A DNA stretch of 64,000 nt from an uncultured Verrucomicrobiae bacterium (lineage in GTDB: Bacteria > Verrucomicrobiota > Verrucomicrobiia > Chthoniobacterales > UBA10450). The notes under the pieces are model-generated. The model was not told the origin of the DNA and made no database searches. It saw nothing but the letters and a program-made list of their open reading frames with translations. The number at the start of each line of letters is the position of its first letter. The stretch's first letter is position 1. Positions 1 through 9,790 of the stretch are shown piece by piece. The stretch spans positions 18,716-82,715 of the forward strand of contig CAVXHW010000012.1 in the NCBI GenBank assembly GCA_963761585.1. The letters run 5' to 3'. A program made the translations under genes and the position numbers.

Positions 1-178
1 ATTGTGGGTGAGGCGCAAACACTACGTCATGCAAGCATAACGCGTTCGGATGACGAATGCCCTTAACGTCTATGGCATAGCCGATGCCGACCGGCATGGC
101 AATGTACGGCACTGGTTCACTGCCTCTGGCTGTGAAAGCGATCATTGTGACCGCGATCATACTTGTCAGAGTTTTCAC
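1..178 (-). CDS. hypothetical secreted protein, N-terminal fragment (gene runs off window start)
   Basis: Manual minus-strand translation from GTG at 178 gives VKTLTSMIAVTMIAFTARGSEPVPYIAMPVGIGYAIDVKG..., a signal-peptide-like start that stays open to the window edge. No family recognised. Confidence 0.25.
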   Translation of the reverse strand, partial: MKTLTSMIAVTMIAFTARGSEPVPYIAMPVGIGYAIDVKGIRHPNALCLHDVVFAPHPQ

Positions 179-213
179 TTGGATTTCTTTCTTCGTCGGA
201 GACCTAACGAGGA

Positions 214-735
214 TTAGACCGCATTTTGCAGTCTATTTCGAGACGTCGCCTTGAATAAAAGCGCGAGCAACGCAGTGAGAATTGCAACATTCGTCGCGAG
301 ATGGCTGGGGAAACTCCAGTGTTGGCTGGCGTGACCGAAACAGCCACATGTGATGTCGAGTCCGCGAGCTTTTGCTGCAATGGTGGCGAGCGTGAAGACC
401 ACGATCGACGCACTCAAAATCGACAGCGCACCACGATATAAAAACCGAAACACAAGCCCGAGTGCACAGAAAATTTCCAGCCACGGAAGATAAAACGCGA
501 TCGCGACGCTAACGGGCCATGGCAGAAGTTTGTAATTGTCGATGTCGCTGGCGAACTGAACTGGATCAATTGCTTTGAGCGCTCCGGCGTAGATGAAAAT
601 GCCGGCGACGACGAAATCGAGAATTCGCCAGAGAAAACGCCGAACGTCCAACGCTGAACGCTCAACGCCCAATGTTGAATGTTCCAACCGTTCGACGTTG
701 GGCGTTGGGCGTTGGGTGTTCGGCGTTTGGTTCAT
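214..735 (-). CDS. MauE/DoxX-family redox-associated membrane protein
   Basis: Polytopic hydrophobic ORF with the 'DITCGCFG' motif typical of MauE-like proteins. The start is uncertain: the first ~30 codees (MNQTPNTQRPTPNVERLEHSTLGVERSALDV) are encoded by a palindromic repeat at 636-727. Confidence 0.65.
   Translation of the reverse strand: MNQTPNTQRPTPNVERLEHSTLGVERSALDVRRFLWRILDFVVAGIFIYAGALKAIDPVQFASDIDNYKLLPWPVSVAIAFYLPWLEIFCALGLVFRFLYRGALSILSASIVVFTLATIAAKARGLDITCGCFGHASQHWSFPSHLATNVAILTALLALLFKATSRNRLQNAV
636..727. repeat. imperfect ~90-nt palindrome rich in CAACGC/GCGTTG units
   Basis: The left arm is aacgccgaacgtccaacgctgaacgctcaacgcccaa and the right arm is ttgggcgttgggcgttgggtgttcggcgtt. 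It is related to the segment at 49672-49708. Confidence 0.7.
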
Positions 736-1160
736 CTGTTCTTCTTCACCCACGCTTCCCAACCGCCTTCGAGCACAAAGACGTCGGAGAGCTGCGCTTC
801 CTTGCGCAGGCGGCGGGCAACTTCCCTGCTGGCGTTACAGCTCAGGCTGCTGCAATAGACGACGACTTTTTTGCCGGGCGCCCAAACCGCCAGAAATTGC
901 GGCAGCAATTCATTCCACCGGTCTTCATTCAACGAAATCGCTTCGGGAACGTGATCTTTCGCGAAGTCATCGTCCGGCCGCGCATCGACCCAAATCGCAG
1001 TGCTTCCCCATTCACGCGCCTTCTCGACGGTCACCATTTCCGACGGCGCAATCGCCGAGCGCCACGAAATCTTGTCGCGGAAATAAATCGCCTCGCCGGC
1101 TGCAGGCAGAAGCGCCAAGGCTGCCAGAATAACAGCCTGCCCGACCAGCGAGGATTTCAC
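732..1160 (-). CDS. rhodanese-like domain protein (secreted or membrane-anchored)
   Basis: N-terminal hydrophobic segment plus the rhodanese-type core 'VVVYCSSLSCNASREVARRL'. It sits between DUF1573 and MauE genes. Confidence 0.65.
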   Translation of the reverse strand: MKSSLVGQAVILAALALLPAAGEAIYFRDKISWRSAIAPSEMVTVEKAREWGSTAIWVDARPDDDFAKDHVPEAISLNEDRWNELLPQFLAVWAPGKKVVVYCSSLSCNASREVARRLRKEAQLSDVFVLEGGWEAWVKKNR

Positions 1161-1164
1161 TTAC

Positions 1165-1824
1165 TTATTGAACCTGTGGTGCGTTCGTGACCCGCGCAGT
1201 GGCGTAAAAGACTTTTTGTGAATCCTCAGGCTGAATCGTCAACATCGACGCGACCACTTTGCTCGTGTCCTGTGGTTTGACGTCGATTTTGAACTCGCCT
1301 TTGCCAGCTTCCTCTACCTTGGCTTCAAAATCCGGGGTGGAAGATGTGACCTTTAGATGTTTGACAGTAAAATCTTTCCCGACTTTTACATTGATCGTCT
1401 TTGTGTCGGGTTTGTCGCCCTGTTTCCAAAACACGAAATTCGGGGTGATCTCAAGTTGCTGCGGGATTTCCGCCTTGAGCGTGAGCACCGTTTTCTGATT
1501 TGTGGCCTCGTCCGTCTCCACCGTTACGGTTTTGACCTGAGTGCCGGTACGATCGCCGATATTGAATGTGGCAGTGATCTCGCCTTTTTCTCCGGGCGGC
1601 ACTTCTTCCTTCTGGCTTTGCGCAGTGGTGCAACCGCAGGAAGCGTGAACAGACTTAAAGTGCACCGGCGTCTTGCCGGTGTTCTCGTACTTGAAATGGC
1701 CGACCGCCTGTTTGTCGGTGGCGGCGGGATGCAGCTCGACCGAGGTCTGCTCCCATTTTAGCTGGGCGCGCGCGCTTAGGCACATGATCATTGACAGCGT
1801 GAAAGCGAAGATTGGTGTTTTCAT
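1165..1824 (-). CDS. DUF1573 domain-containing secreted protein
   Basis: Signal peptide plus the 'FKSVHASCGCTTA' motif (SCGCT is the DUF1573 hallmark). Confidence 0.7.
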   Translation of the reverse strand: MKTPIFAFTLSMIMCLSARAQLKWEQTSVELHPAATDKQAVGHFKYENTGKTPVHFKSVHASCGCTTAQSQKEEVPPGEKGEITATFNIGDRTGTQVKTVTVETDEATNQKTVLTLKAEIPQQLEITPNFVFWKQGDKPDTKTINVKVGKDFTVKHLKVTSSTPDFEAKVEEAGKGEFKIDVKPQDTSKVVASMLTIQPEDSQKVFYATARVTNAPQVQ

Positions 1825-2694
1825 TTTTTGGAGTAGAAGCGCGTAATATAATCAGCAACTGCCTCTCGCCAAGCGCGAGATGACGTGCCCGTCAATTCCG
1901 TATATTTGCCGGTGGATAGCACTGAATAAACAGGACGGCGCGCAACCCAGTTTGTCATCTCACTCAGCTTAAGCGCGCCGACGGTTTCCCCCTTCAGGGA
2001 AACACCGGCATCACGGCAGCAATCCAGCGCCCATTGCGCATATTCCTGCCAGGTGCATTTGCCGGCATTTGCGAAATGCAAAATGCCGCCTGGGACGCTG
2101 TGATCGAAAAATTGCGGCAACATGTTGGCAATATCATGCGTGTACGTCGGCGTGGAAAATTTGTCGGATATGGCATCAATCTTTTCGTCTTGTTGCGCGC
2201 GCTTGATCATGGCGTCGACGAAACTCGGCCGGTCAGGACCAAACACCCAGGACACCCGCACAACAAGATGCCCATCCCCGACTGCAAGCACGTTCTTTTC
2301 TCCCGCAAGCTTCGATTCGCCGTAAGCACTGATCGGATTCGCTTGATCCTCTTCTGTGTAGGGCGCGCGTTTCTCGCCGTCGAAAACATAATCGGTACTG
2401 AAATGAATCATCTTTGCATCTTTTTCGTTGCAGATTTCAGCAAGAATACCCGGCGCTTCCGCATTAATCCGAAACGCGCGATCGCGCTCGGTCTCACACG
2501 CATCGACGTTCGTGAATGCTGCCGCATTAATCAGCACATCGAAAGTTGTGGTGCGCACTTTCTCGCGCAGACCCTTCAAATTCGAAAGATCAAGCTGCGC
2601 ATGATTGAAACCCATGACGTCGTATTTCGGCCGGAATTCACGCGATCAACGCCGCACCGAGTCGCCCGCCCGCGCCGAGAATCACAATTTTCAT
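1821..2694 (-). CDS. rfbD: dTDP-4-dehydrorhamnose reductase, apparent 1-nt frameshift near 2641-2650
   Basis: The 264-aa ORF matches RfbD but lacks the Rossmann N-terminus. That N-terminus (MKIVILGAGGRLGAALI) is encoded at 2694-2641 in another frame, and the main frame reads back as REFRPKYDVMGFNH. Either an assembly indel or a true pseudogene. Confidence 0.8.
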
Positions 2695-2724
2695 CTATTC
2701 AGGGCGCTGATGTTCGATCGGTGA

Positions 2725-3714
2725 CTAATATCTCCCGGCCCGCTCGAGAAGCGGTTGCCACCAGGATGAATTATCCATGTACCACTGGACGGTCTCGTCG
2801 AGCCCTTCTGTAAAGCTACGCAGCGGCTTCCAATCCAATTCGCGTTGCGCAAATGCTGAGTCAATCGCGTAGCGGCGGTCATGGCCAAGTCGATCCGGCA
2901 CGAATGAAATGAGACTGTGGGGTTTTCCAAGCCGGTCGAGGATCATTCTGACAAGGTCGAGATTCACCATCTCGCTGTTGCCGCCGAAATTATACACGGT
3001 GCCGGCTTTGCCTTCGAAAAGCGCGGCGACAATGCCGGCGCAATGATCATCCACGTGGATCCAGTCGCGCACATTTTTGCCGTCGCCATAAACCGGAAGC
3101 GGTTCGTCGCGGAGGGCCTTAATGATCATGAGCGGAATTAATTTTTCCGGAAATTGATACGGACCGTAATTATTCGAGCATCGGGTTACCAGGACGTCCT
3201 GGCCGTACGTCTTGTGAGACGCGAGCGCCAGAAGGTCCGCGCTGGCTTTGCTTGCTGAATACGGCGAACTGGGATCGAGCGGCGATTGTTCGGTGAACTT
3301 GCCGGCAGCGCCGAGCGACCCATATACCTCGTCCGTCGAGATTTGGACAAATCGCTGAACGCCGTGCCGGCGCGCACATTCCAATAGCACGCTGGTGCCA
3401 ATGACGTTTGTGTGAATGAAGTTGAGCGGATCGTTGATGCTGCGGTCGACATGCGATTCTGCCGCGAAATTGACCACCGAATAGAACTGGTGCTCGGTCA
3501 TCAATGCGTCCATCAAATCCGCGTTGGCAATATCGGCTTTGAAAAATTCGTAACGTTCGCCATGTTCTTCGACCACCCCTTCAAGATTGGCGATGTTACC
3601 AGCATAAGTGAGCACATCGACATTAGTGACGTATGCGGGCTTGTAATGTTGCAAAATATATCGAATAAAGTTGCTCCCAATGAATCCGCAGCCACCGGTG
3701 ACAAGAATGCGCAT
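2725..3714 (-). CDS. rfbB: dTDP-glucose 4,6-dehydratase
   Basis: 'MRILVTGGCGFIGSNF', 'STDEVYG' and 'YSASKA' motifs. The start is taken at the ATG that gives MRILVTGG. Confidence 0.9.
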   Translation of the reverse strand: MRILVTGGCGFIGSNFIRYILQHYKPAYVTNVDVLTYAGNIANLEGVVEEHGERYEFFKADIANADLMDALMTEHQFYSVVNFAAESHVDRSINDPLNFIHTNVIGTSVLLECARRHGVQRFVQISTDEVYGSLGAAGKFTEQSPLDPSSPYSASKASADLLALASHKTYGQDVLVTRCSNNYGPYQFPEKLIPLMIIKALRDEPLPVYGDGKNVRDWIHVDDHCAGIVAALFEGKAGTVYNFGGNSEMVNLDLVRMILDRLGKPHSLISFVPDRLGHDRRYAIDSAFAQRELDWKPLRSFTEGLDETVQWYMDNSSWWQPLLERAGRY

Positions 3715-5389
3715 GGCAGCGCGTACTAGCAGTGCCGAGCGCAACGCGCTAGCAGAATCTGCTCCCGCTCCAGCGCGAGCGAACGATTACCTGCAGCGGC
3801 TGAAGGTTCGTTTCGAAGGAACGGACTGGGTGCCGTGGTTGATCCTCGCGCTGGCCGCGTTCCTCCGCTTCTTCCTCCTCGGTATAAAGCCACCGCACTT
3901 CGATGAGGGCATCAACGGGTGGTTCGTCGATCAGGTGATGAAGAACGGTTTCTACCGTTACGATCCGACCAATTATCATGGTCCGCTTCACTTTTACGTT
4001 CTCGTGCTATTTCAGAGTTTGTTTGGCCGGAATCTGTGGGCGATACGGTTGCCGGTCGTACTTGTGAGCATCGCTTGTGTGTGGCTGGCGTTGAAGTTCG
4101 AGCCGCTAGTCGGACGAAACGTGACCCGAATCGCTGCGCTGGCCATGGCAATCTCGCCCGGGTTTGTTTTCTACGGGCGTTACGCCATTCACGAAGTGTG
4201 GCTGCAATTCTTCTCGATGATTTTCATTTTGGGACTCCTCGGTTTGTGGAGGCGCGGCACACTCACCTACTTGCGGTACGCCGGCGTGGGATTAATCGGC
4301 ATGATCCTCACGAAGGAAACTTACGCCATTCACGTCGCGTGCGCCCTCCTTGCGATTCCAACTCTGGCAGTCTCGTACGCGCTAAGTCGCGTTCCGGACG
4401 CCAAGCCTGCGAAGCAAACCTGGAGCTGGATCGATCTCGCCATGATCGTGATCGCAGGCGGATTTGCGATCGTCTTCTTCTATTCGGGAACATTCTTTAA
4501 TTGGGACGGTGTCAAAGGTCTGTATCTGGCGTTTAAGGCATGGACCGAGACTGGCGCTGCGGGCCACGGCCATGAAAAGGCCTGGGATTACTTTCTAGGG
4601 TTGATGATGCCCCACTTCGATATCAAACGGGCCGACTTTTTCGGTTACGAGTTGCCCATGCTCGTCGGGTTCATTCTCTGCGTATTTTGCCAAAAACTGA
4701 AAAACCTTAACCTACGTTATCTGGCGATCTACGGTGTGGGCAGCCTGGTTGCCTACAGCATAGTCAAATATAAGACGCCCTGGTGCATCATCAGTTTTGG
4801 ATGGCCGTTCCTGTTTATCTTTGGCGCGGCGATATTGCTAGTACGCCCGAAAAATCTCCGCAAAGTTTACGTCACGCTCGGCGTCGTTCTGTTCATATCG
4901 CTCGGCTCATCGGTTTGGCTCAACTACTTCCGGTGTAGTTCGCCAGAGGAACCGTATGTGTACGTCCAGACGTACAACGATATGTTCAAGTTGACGAAAC
5001 CGCTTCTAACGCTGGCGAAGCGAGATCCTTCCAACTATCATCTTACGGGACATCTGATTCGATCCAGTATTTACCCGCTTCCATGGGTCCTGGGCGATTT
5101 CGATCGCGTCGGCTACTACGAAGGAGGGAACATGCCGGCAGATCTCGAAGGCGATTTTCTCCTTGTGCAACAGGATAAAATCAAAGACATCGAGTCGAAA
5201 TTGAAAGGCAAGTATTACACAGAGATGATGACGCTTCGTAACTACCAGGACCCGTCCAAAATCTTTTTCAGCGCCAAAGTGTTTAAAGACCTGTTCCCAG
5301 GCAAAGCGCCAGACTTTGATGGCAGCGCACCGAAACCCGCGCCTTCGCCTTCACCCGCGCCTTCTTCTTCCCCCGCCAAGGTTCCATGA
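3713..5389 (+). CDS. GT-C-fold membrane glycosyltransferase-like protein (TIGR03663/Agl23-like, recalled from memory)
   Basis: Polytopic membrane protein. Its first loop is 'PPHFDEGINGWFVDQVMKNGFYRYDPTNYHGPLHFY' and it has a Pro/Ser-rich C-terminal tail. The start is uncertain because the candidate ATGs overlap the divergent rfbB start. Confidence 0.55.
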   Translation: MAARTSSAERNALAESAPAPARANDYLQRLKVRFEGTDWVPWLILALAAFLRFFLLGIKPPHFDEGINGWFVDQVMKNGFYRYDPTNYHGPLHFYVLVLFQSLFGRNLWAIRLPVVLVSIACVWLALKFEPLVGRNVTRIAALAMAISPGFVFYGRYAIHEVWLQFFSMIFILGLLGLWRRGTLTYLRYAGVGLIGMILTKETYAIHVACALLAIPTLAVSYALSRVPDAKPAKQTWSWIDLAMIVIAGGFAIVFFYSGTFFNWDGVKGLYLAFKAWTETGAAGHGHEKAWDYFLGLMMPHFDIKRADFFGYELPMLVGFILCVFCQKLKNLNLRYLAIYGVGSLVAYSIVKYKTPWCIISFGWPFLFIFGAAILLVRPKNLRKVYVTLGVVLFISLGSSVWLNYFRCSSPEEPYVYVQTYNDMFKLTKPLLTLAKRDPSNYHLTGHLIRSSIYPLPWVLGDFDRVGYYEGGNMPADLEGDFLLVQQDKIKDIESKLKGKYYTEMMTLRNYQDPSKIFFSAKVFKDLFPGKAPDFDGSAPKPAPSPSPAPSSSPAKVP

Positions 5390-7521
5390 AGTGGGTCACG
5401 GCTGGCGTTACGTTCGTCAATTTGTCCGTCGTCTGCGGAGTTCTCCTCGGGCTTGTCGGAAGAGGGTTAAATGCGGTTAGCGCAGCTTTGGCATTGCTGT
5501 GTGGCGCCGCATTCGCAATCGCCGCTTTGCTTGGGACTCAAGACAGCTGGTTTGTGCAGAAGTCCCCTGCTGATCCGACAACAGAACGAAGGCCACGAAA
5601 ACTGCCTGGAGTCGCAGACGCGAAGAACGCGATTCCAGCGGCTCTGATGCGTTATCGAAGCGTCTGGTTCTGGGCGGTCGCAGTGTGTTTCGCCGTCTTT
5701 GCTGTGCGATCGTTTGTGTGGCTGCTATACATCGATGGCAGCGAACTCAAGATTCAGTCCCCAAATAATCTCGGCGACCTTTCACTGCACCTGACGCTCA
5801 TCAAAAATTTTGCCAACGGCGTCGCTCTTTGGCCGGACAATCCCATCTTCGTCTTCAGCAAATTAAGATATCCGGCGGGCATCGACCTGTTCAACGCACT
5901 GCTTTCGCTGGTTCACATCGATCTGTTGATCGGGTTGGTCTGGGTCGGATTGCTCTCTTCACTCGCGATTTTTTACGGGTTCTACCGGTGGGGCGGCACG
6001 TTCGCTGTTGCAGGTTTTTTGTTCAACGGCGGTATAGCCGGATTTCAATTTTTAAAGACGTTCAAATTTTTGGATTATCAGGGCGCGGCAGCAGACATCG
6101 CGCACAAGCCGATCGCCTGGAAAAGCATTGCATTATCGATGCTCGTTACGCAGCGCGGCTGGCTTTACGCGATCCCGGCAGGCCTGGTGCTACTCTGGCA
6201 TTGGCGCGAAAAATTTTTCACCCAATCTCCCGTAGCTGAGATCGGCGACCTCGGCCAATCCGATGACGGCGTTAAGAGTGAACCCGTCGCGGTCACCGCT
6301 CCCAGTTACCGGAAGGGTCCCCTTCCTTGGTGGGTCGAACTTTCAATTTACGCTTCGCTGCCGCTGTTTCACCTGCATACCTTCATCGCGCTGACCATCG
6401 TGCTGGTTGTCGGATTGTTTTTTGAACGCGCGACCGAAATCAAATTTATCGTTAATCTGGTTCGCAATGAAGGCATGGCCGGCATCGGTCGTTTGATTTC
6501 GCATCCGAAGATGTGGCCCGACATTTTCCGCGGCGCGCCGATTCGCAGACACGCTGCCGCCTTGTTGATCGCGGCTTTCATTCCAGCGACTTTTTTTGTC
6601 TGGCTGACTACCGATCAGTTCCGCGCAGCATCGGTGCTGAAGTGGCACCCCGGATGGGCTCAGGATTCGACCGAATTCGCCGCGCCTTTCTTCCGGCTCG
6701 GTCCGAAGGATTGGGGATCTTCTACGGGGCCTGGTCTGCTGTTGCAAAAAACATGGAACGGCGTCATCGCTCCATTTCTCCAATTTTGGCTGCCCAACTT
6801 CGGTTTATGGGTGCCACTGGCGTTGGTCCTTGTTGGAATTTGCGTTTGGCGTATTTGGAAGGGCAAGTGGCGTTGGGGCGACAGGCCGCCAGCGGATATC
6901 GCTTTCGTGCTGACGGCAGTCGTGATTTTCGCTTTCGGCTATTTCGTTCAAACCGCCCCGTGGGAATGGGACAATCTCAAGCTCATGATTTGGGGCTATT
7001 TTATTATCCTGCCTTTTCTGTGGAGCGACATCATTGGGCGCTGGGTCTTTCCGGAACGCGCCGTAATGTGTCTACTGCTCTTTGGTTCGGGATTTGTCAC
7101 GCTGCTTGGCGGCCTGTCTGCCGGACACCCGGGCTTTGGATTGATTGAGCGAGCCAGGCTCGATCACATCGGTACGGCACTTCGGCCGTTGCCGATGGAT
7201 GCCCGATTCGCGACTTTTCCTACCTTCAATCAACCGATTTTGCTGCAAGGCCGCAAAGCTGTGCTCGGCTACCCTGGTCACCTGTGGACCGAAGGATTCG
7301 ATTACGGCAAGACAAATGATCAGTTAACAGCTTTGATGAACGGCGCGGCGAACTGGCGTGACGCCGCGAAAGCATTAAACGTGCACTATATCTTTTGGGG
7401 CCAGGACGAAAAAACAAACTACCAGTCAAGTACCCACCCATGGGAAGCGACAGCATTCCTCGTCGCTTCCGGTGATTGGGGCGCAATTTACGATCTGACC
7501 AAGCCTGCTCCTCAGCACTGA
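5386..7521 (+). CDS. large polytopic membrane protein, function unknown
   Basis: 711-aa ORF with many hydrophobic helices. An ATGA start/stop overlap with the upstream GT-C-like gene implies co-translation. No family motif recognised. Confidence 0.55.
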   Translation: MKWVTAGVTFVNLSVVCGVLLGLVGRGLNAVSAALALLCGAAFAIAALLGTQDSWFVQKSPADPTTERRPRKLPGVADAKNAIPAALMRYRSVWFWAVAVCFAVFAVRSFVWLLYIDGSELKIQSPNNLGDLSLHLTLIKNFANGVALWPDNPIFVFSKLRYPAGIDLFNALLSLVHIDLLIGLVWVGLLSSLAIFYGFYRWGGTFAVAGFLFNGGIAGFQFLKTFKFLDYQGAAADIAHKPIAWKSIALSMLVTQRGWLYAIPAGLVLLWHWREKFFTQSPVAEIGDLGQSDDGVKSEPVAVTAPSYRKGPLPWWVELSIYASLPLFHLHTFIALTIVLVVGLFFERATEIKFIVNLVRNEGMAGIGRLISHPKMWPDIFRGAPIRRHAAALLIAAFIPATFFVWLTTDQFRAASVLKWHPGWAQDSTEFAAPFFRLGPKDWGSSTGPGLLLQKTWNGVIAPFLQFWLPNFGLWVPLALVLVGICVWRIWKGKWRWGDRPPADIAFVLTAVVIFAFGYFVQTAPWEWDNLKLMIWGYFIILPFLWSDIIGRWVFPERAVMCLLLFGSGFVTLLGGLSAGHPGFGLIERARLDHIGTALRPLPMDARFATFPTFNQPILLQGRKAVLGYPGHLWTEGFDYGKTNDQLTALMNGAANWRDAAKALNVHYIFWGQDEKTNYQSSTHPWEATAFLVASGDWGAIYDLTKPAPQH

Positions 7522-8285
7522 GGCGGGAGCGTTCCTGTTCGGCTGGCGGCTCTTGGAGTTGCCATCTTTCGTCGCACACGAAAGGGGTGCGCGAGGAAAA
7601 CGAAATAGATCGCGTTCACGAAATCTCTCAGGCTCGAAGCAGGACTTGTTAGGCGCAGCGGACCGGTGCGTAACCCGGCAAGAACGTTCTCGATTGTGAG
7701 CGTTCGCGGCATTGGCATACTCGTGTAGTGCCGGCCAAAGGCGTGCAGCCGATGCGCATCGGAAGTGGCGATCATTGGCTTGCTAAATCGGGTTGCGACT
7801 CGTTTTGCCCGGCGATTCGGATTGAACGGACCGAAATGAAAATGACAAAACTCAATCGCGTCAAAGCAATCGATCTCGGTGAACAGCCGCGATCCGATTG
7901 AGCCGCCGACAACGTAGAACGGGTGCGGCGCAATAGTGAAAATAGAATTCCCCCGGCGCGCCCGGAGTCGCCGCAAATCATCGAAATTTTTCACGTGCGC
8001 GATCTCTTCCGCGGTGACATTCAACACAATCACGTCTGCGCCAAGCAAACGCACCTCGGCCGCGGGAATCAGCAGAATGCCCATTGCCTCCGCGTCGGCG
8101 AACACTTCCTTTCGATTAAAGACAGCATCGTGAAGCGTGATCGCGAGGACTCGAAATCCAAACGAGCGCGCCCGTTCCAATAATTGGTGCGCCGAAAAAT
8201 CCACGGCGTCTTTAGGATCGTCGAGGGTGTGAATGTGCAGATCGATTTTGATCCATTCTTCTTCCTCGCTCGTGCTCGCGCTCAT
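7512..8285 (-). CDS. PHP-domain metal-dependent phosphoesterase
   Basis: 'IDLHIHT' N-terminal His motif and overall PHP-like pattern (later HD/H residues). Confidence 0.6.
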   Translation of the reverse strand: MSASTSEEEEWIKIDLHIHTLDDPKDAVDFSAHQLLERARSFGFRVLAITLHDAVFNRKEVFADAEAMGILLIPAAEVRLLGADVIVLNVTAEEIAHVKNFDDLRRLRARRGNSIFTIAPHPFYVVGGSIGSRLFTEIDCFDAIEFCHFHFGPFNPNRRAKRVATRFSKPMIATSDAHRLHAFGRHYTSMPMPRTLTIENVLAGLRTGPLRLTSPASSLRDFVNAIYFVFLAHPFRVRRKMATPRAASRTGTLPPQC

Positions 8286-8443
8286 GCTCCTGCTCGAAGC
8301 TTAATCGCGAATCGCTGATACTTCATTCTGCAAAGAATTCTGGTTGTCTGGAGTCCTCGAGTACGACCATGAGCAGGAGTAAGAAGGATACAGTCCACAC
8401 TTGCCAGCGCTTGTCGTCTGCGGAAAGTTTGCTCCCTCTCGAA

Positions 8444-8524
8444 GCTCGGGTGGTGAAATGGCAGACACGTACGTTTGAGGGGCGTATGCCGAAAGGCATG
8501 GGGGTTCAAGTCCCCCCCCGAGCA
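8444..8524 (+). tRNA. tRNA-Leu (anticodon GAG)
   Basis: Hand-folded. The acceptor pairs GCTCGGG with CCCGAGC. The anticodon stem pairs TACGT with GCGTA around loop TTGAGGG. There is a long variable arm, and the T arm is GGGGG-TTCAAGT-CCCCC. No CCA is encoded. Confidence 0.9.
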
Positions 8525-8605
8525 CAATCTTTCACACGGCCGTTTCGATGCGCGGTCAATTAGAACTTTTCGTATCATATCTCGTCCGATAGGATTTCGA
8601 GCAAC

Positions 8606-9622
8606 ATGGAATCGCTTTATCTCATCGGGGTCGCGGTACTGGCGTTATTCGCATTTGTACTGGCGATTGTTCTTTTCAATTTCTTCGGTCTCTGGCTGCG
8701 CGCACGGATCGCGAATGCGCCGGTGAGCCTCGGCAAAATGGTCGGCATGCGGCTGCGCAAAGTGCCGGTCGGGATGATCGTCGATAACCGGATCACCGCG
8801 GTAAAAGCCGGCATCGAGATTCCCAGTGACCCGCTCGAGGCACATTACCTGGCCGGCGGCGACGTTAATCAGGTCATCCTCGCTTTAATCGCAGCGGACA
8901 AGGCCGGCATTTCACTCGATTTCAACCGTGCCTGCGCCATCGATCTTGCTACCAAGGGGACGGGCAAGACGGTATTGGAAGCCGTCCGCACCAGCATTAA
9001 TCCGAAGGTCATCGACGTGCCCAACCCAGCGATGGGCCGCGTGACCATCGACGGTGTCGCGAAGGACGGGATCGGCGCAAAAGTAAAAGCGCGGGTGACG
9101 GTGCGCTCGCACCTGGACCGTTTCGTCGGTGGCGCCACCGAAGAAACGATTATCGCGCGCGTCGGCGAAGGGATCGTGAGCGCGATCGGATCGGCCGATT
9201 CTTATAAGGACGTGCTAGAAAATCCCGATCGCATTTCAAAAGCCGTCCTAGCCAAGGGACTCGACAGTAACACGGCGTTCGAGATTCTTTCCATCGATAT
9301 CGCTGACGTGGATGTGGGCGACAACATCGGCGCAAAGTTGCAAAGCGAACAGGCGAACGCGGACAAAAACATCGCCCAGGCGAAAGCGGAGGTGCGCCGC
9401 GCCGCGGCGGTGGCGGTCGAGCAGGAGATGCGCGCCAAGACGCAGGAGATGCGCGCTAAAGTCGTCGAAGCCGAATCGCTCGTGCCTCAAGCCATGGCGG
9501 ATGCATTTCGCTCCGGAAACCTCGGCATTATGGATTACGTGCGAATGAAAAACGTCCAGGCCGATACATCGATGCGCGAATCCATCGCAGGTGGAGACAA
9601 ACCACGGACGGGTGGGACTTGA
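8606..9622 (+). CDS. floA: flotillin-like protein FloA (UPF0365/YqfA family)
   Basis: N-terminal TM segment followed by '[27 protein letters not shown]' and an SPFH-like body characteristic of FloA. Confidence 0.8.
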   Translation: MESLYLIGVAVLALFAFVLAIVLFNFFGLWLRARIANAPVSLGKMVGMRLRKVPVGMIVDNRITAVKAGIEIPSDPLEAHYLAGGDVNQVILALIAADKAGISLDFNRACAIDLATKGTGKTVLEAVRTSINPKVIDVPNPAMGRVTIDGVAKDGIGAKVKARVTVRSHLDRFVGGATEETIIARVGEGIVSAIGSADSYKDVLENPDRISKAVLAKGLDSNTAFEILSIDIADVDVGDNIGAKLQSEQANADKNIAQAKAEVRRAAAVAVEQEMRAKTQEMRAKVVEAESLVPQAMADAFRSGNLGIMDYVRMKNVQADTSMRESIAGGDKPRTGGT

Positions 9623-9625
9623 TTA

Positions 9626-9777
9626 GTTGAAGGGTTAAAGCGTTTTTGTCATTCTGAGCGAAGCGAAGAATCTCTAATCAGTTACAGAACGACTGCCGCC
9701 CATAAGAACTGAGATGTTTCGCTTCGCTCAACATGACAACGACAGTCTTGCCCAGTTCAACGATTTAACGCTTCAAC
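9626..9777. repeat. composite palindromic element (family A core 9648-9737 nested in GTTGAAGGGTTAAAG / TTTAACGCTTCAAC outer arms)
   Basis: The core arms are GTCATTCTGAGCGAAGCGAAGAATCTC and its imperfect complement gagatgtttcgcttcgctcaacatgac. The outer inverted arms lie at 9626-9642 and 9760-9777. Confidence 0.85.
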
Positions 9778-9790
9778 GAGGTGATAGCCA

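Noticed and set aside
593-1190. Two plus-strand ORFs of 172-179 aa overlap the rhodanese gene.
   Set aside because: They are antisense to a motif-supported gene, Arg/Pro-rich, and begin inside the palindromic repeat.
8282-8578. ORFs overlap tRNA-Leu(GAG) (8282-8578, 8301-8525, 8369-8563, 8475-8726). The analogous ORFs over tRNA-Leu(CAA) are 16781-17152, 16851-17054 and 17026-17376.
   Set aside because: They run through well-folding tRNA genes or intergenic DNA and have no motifs.
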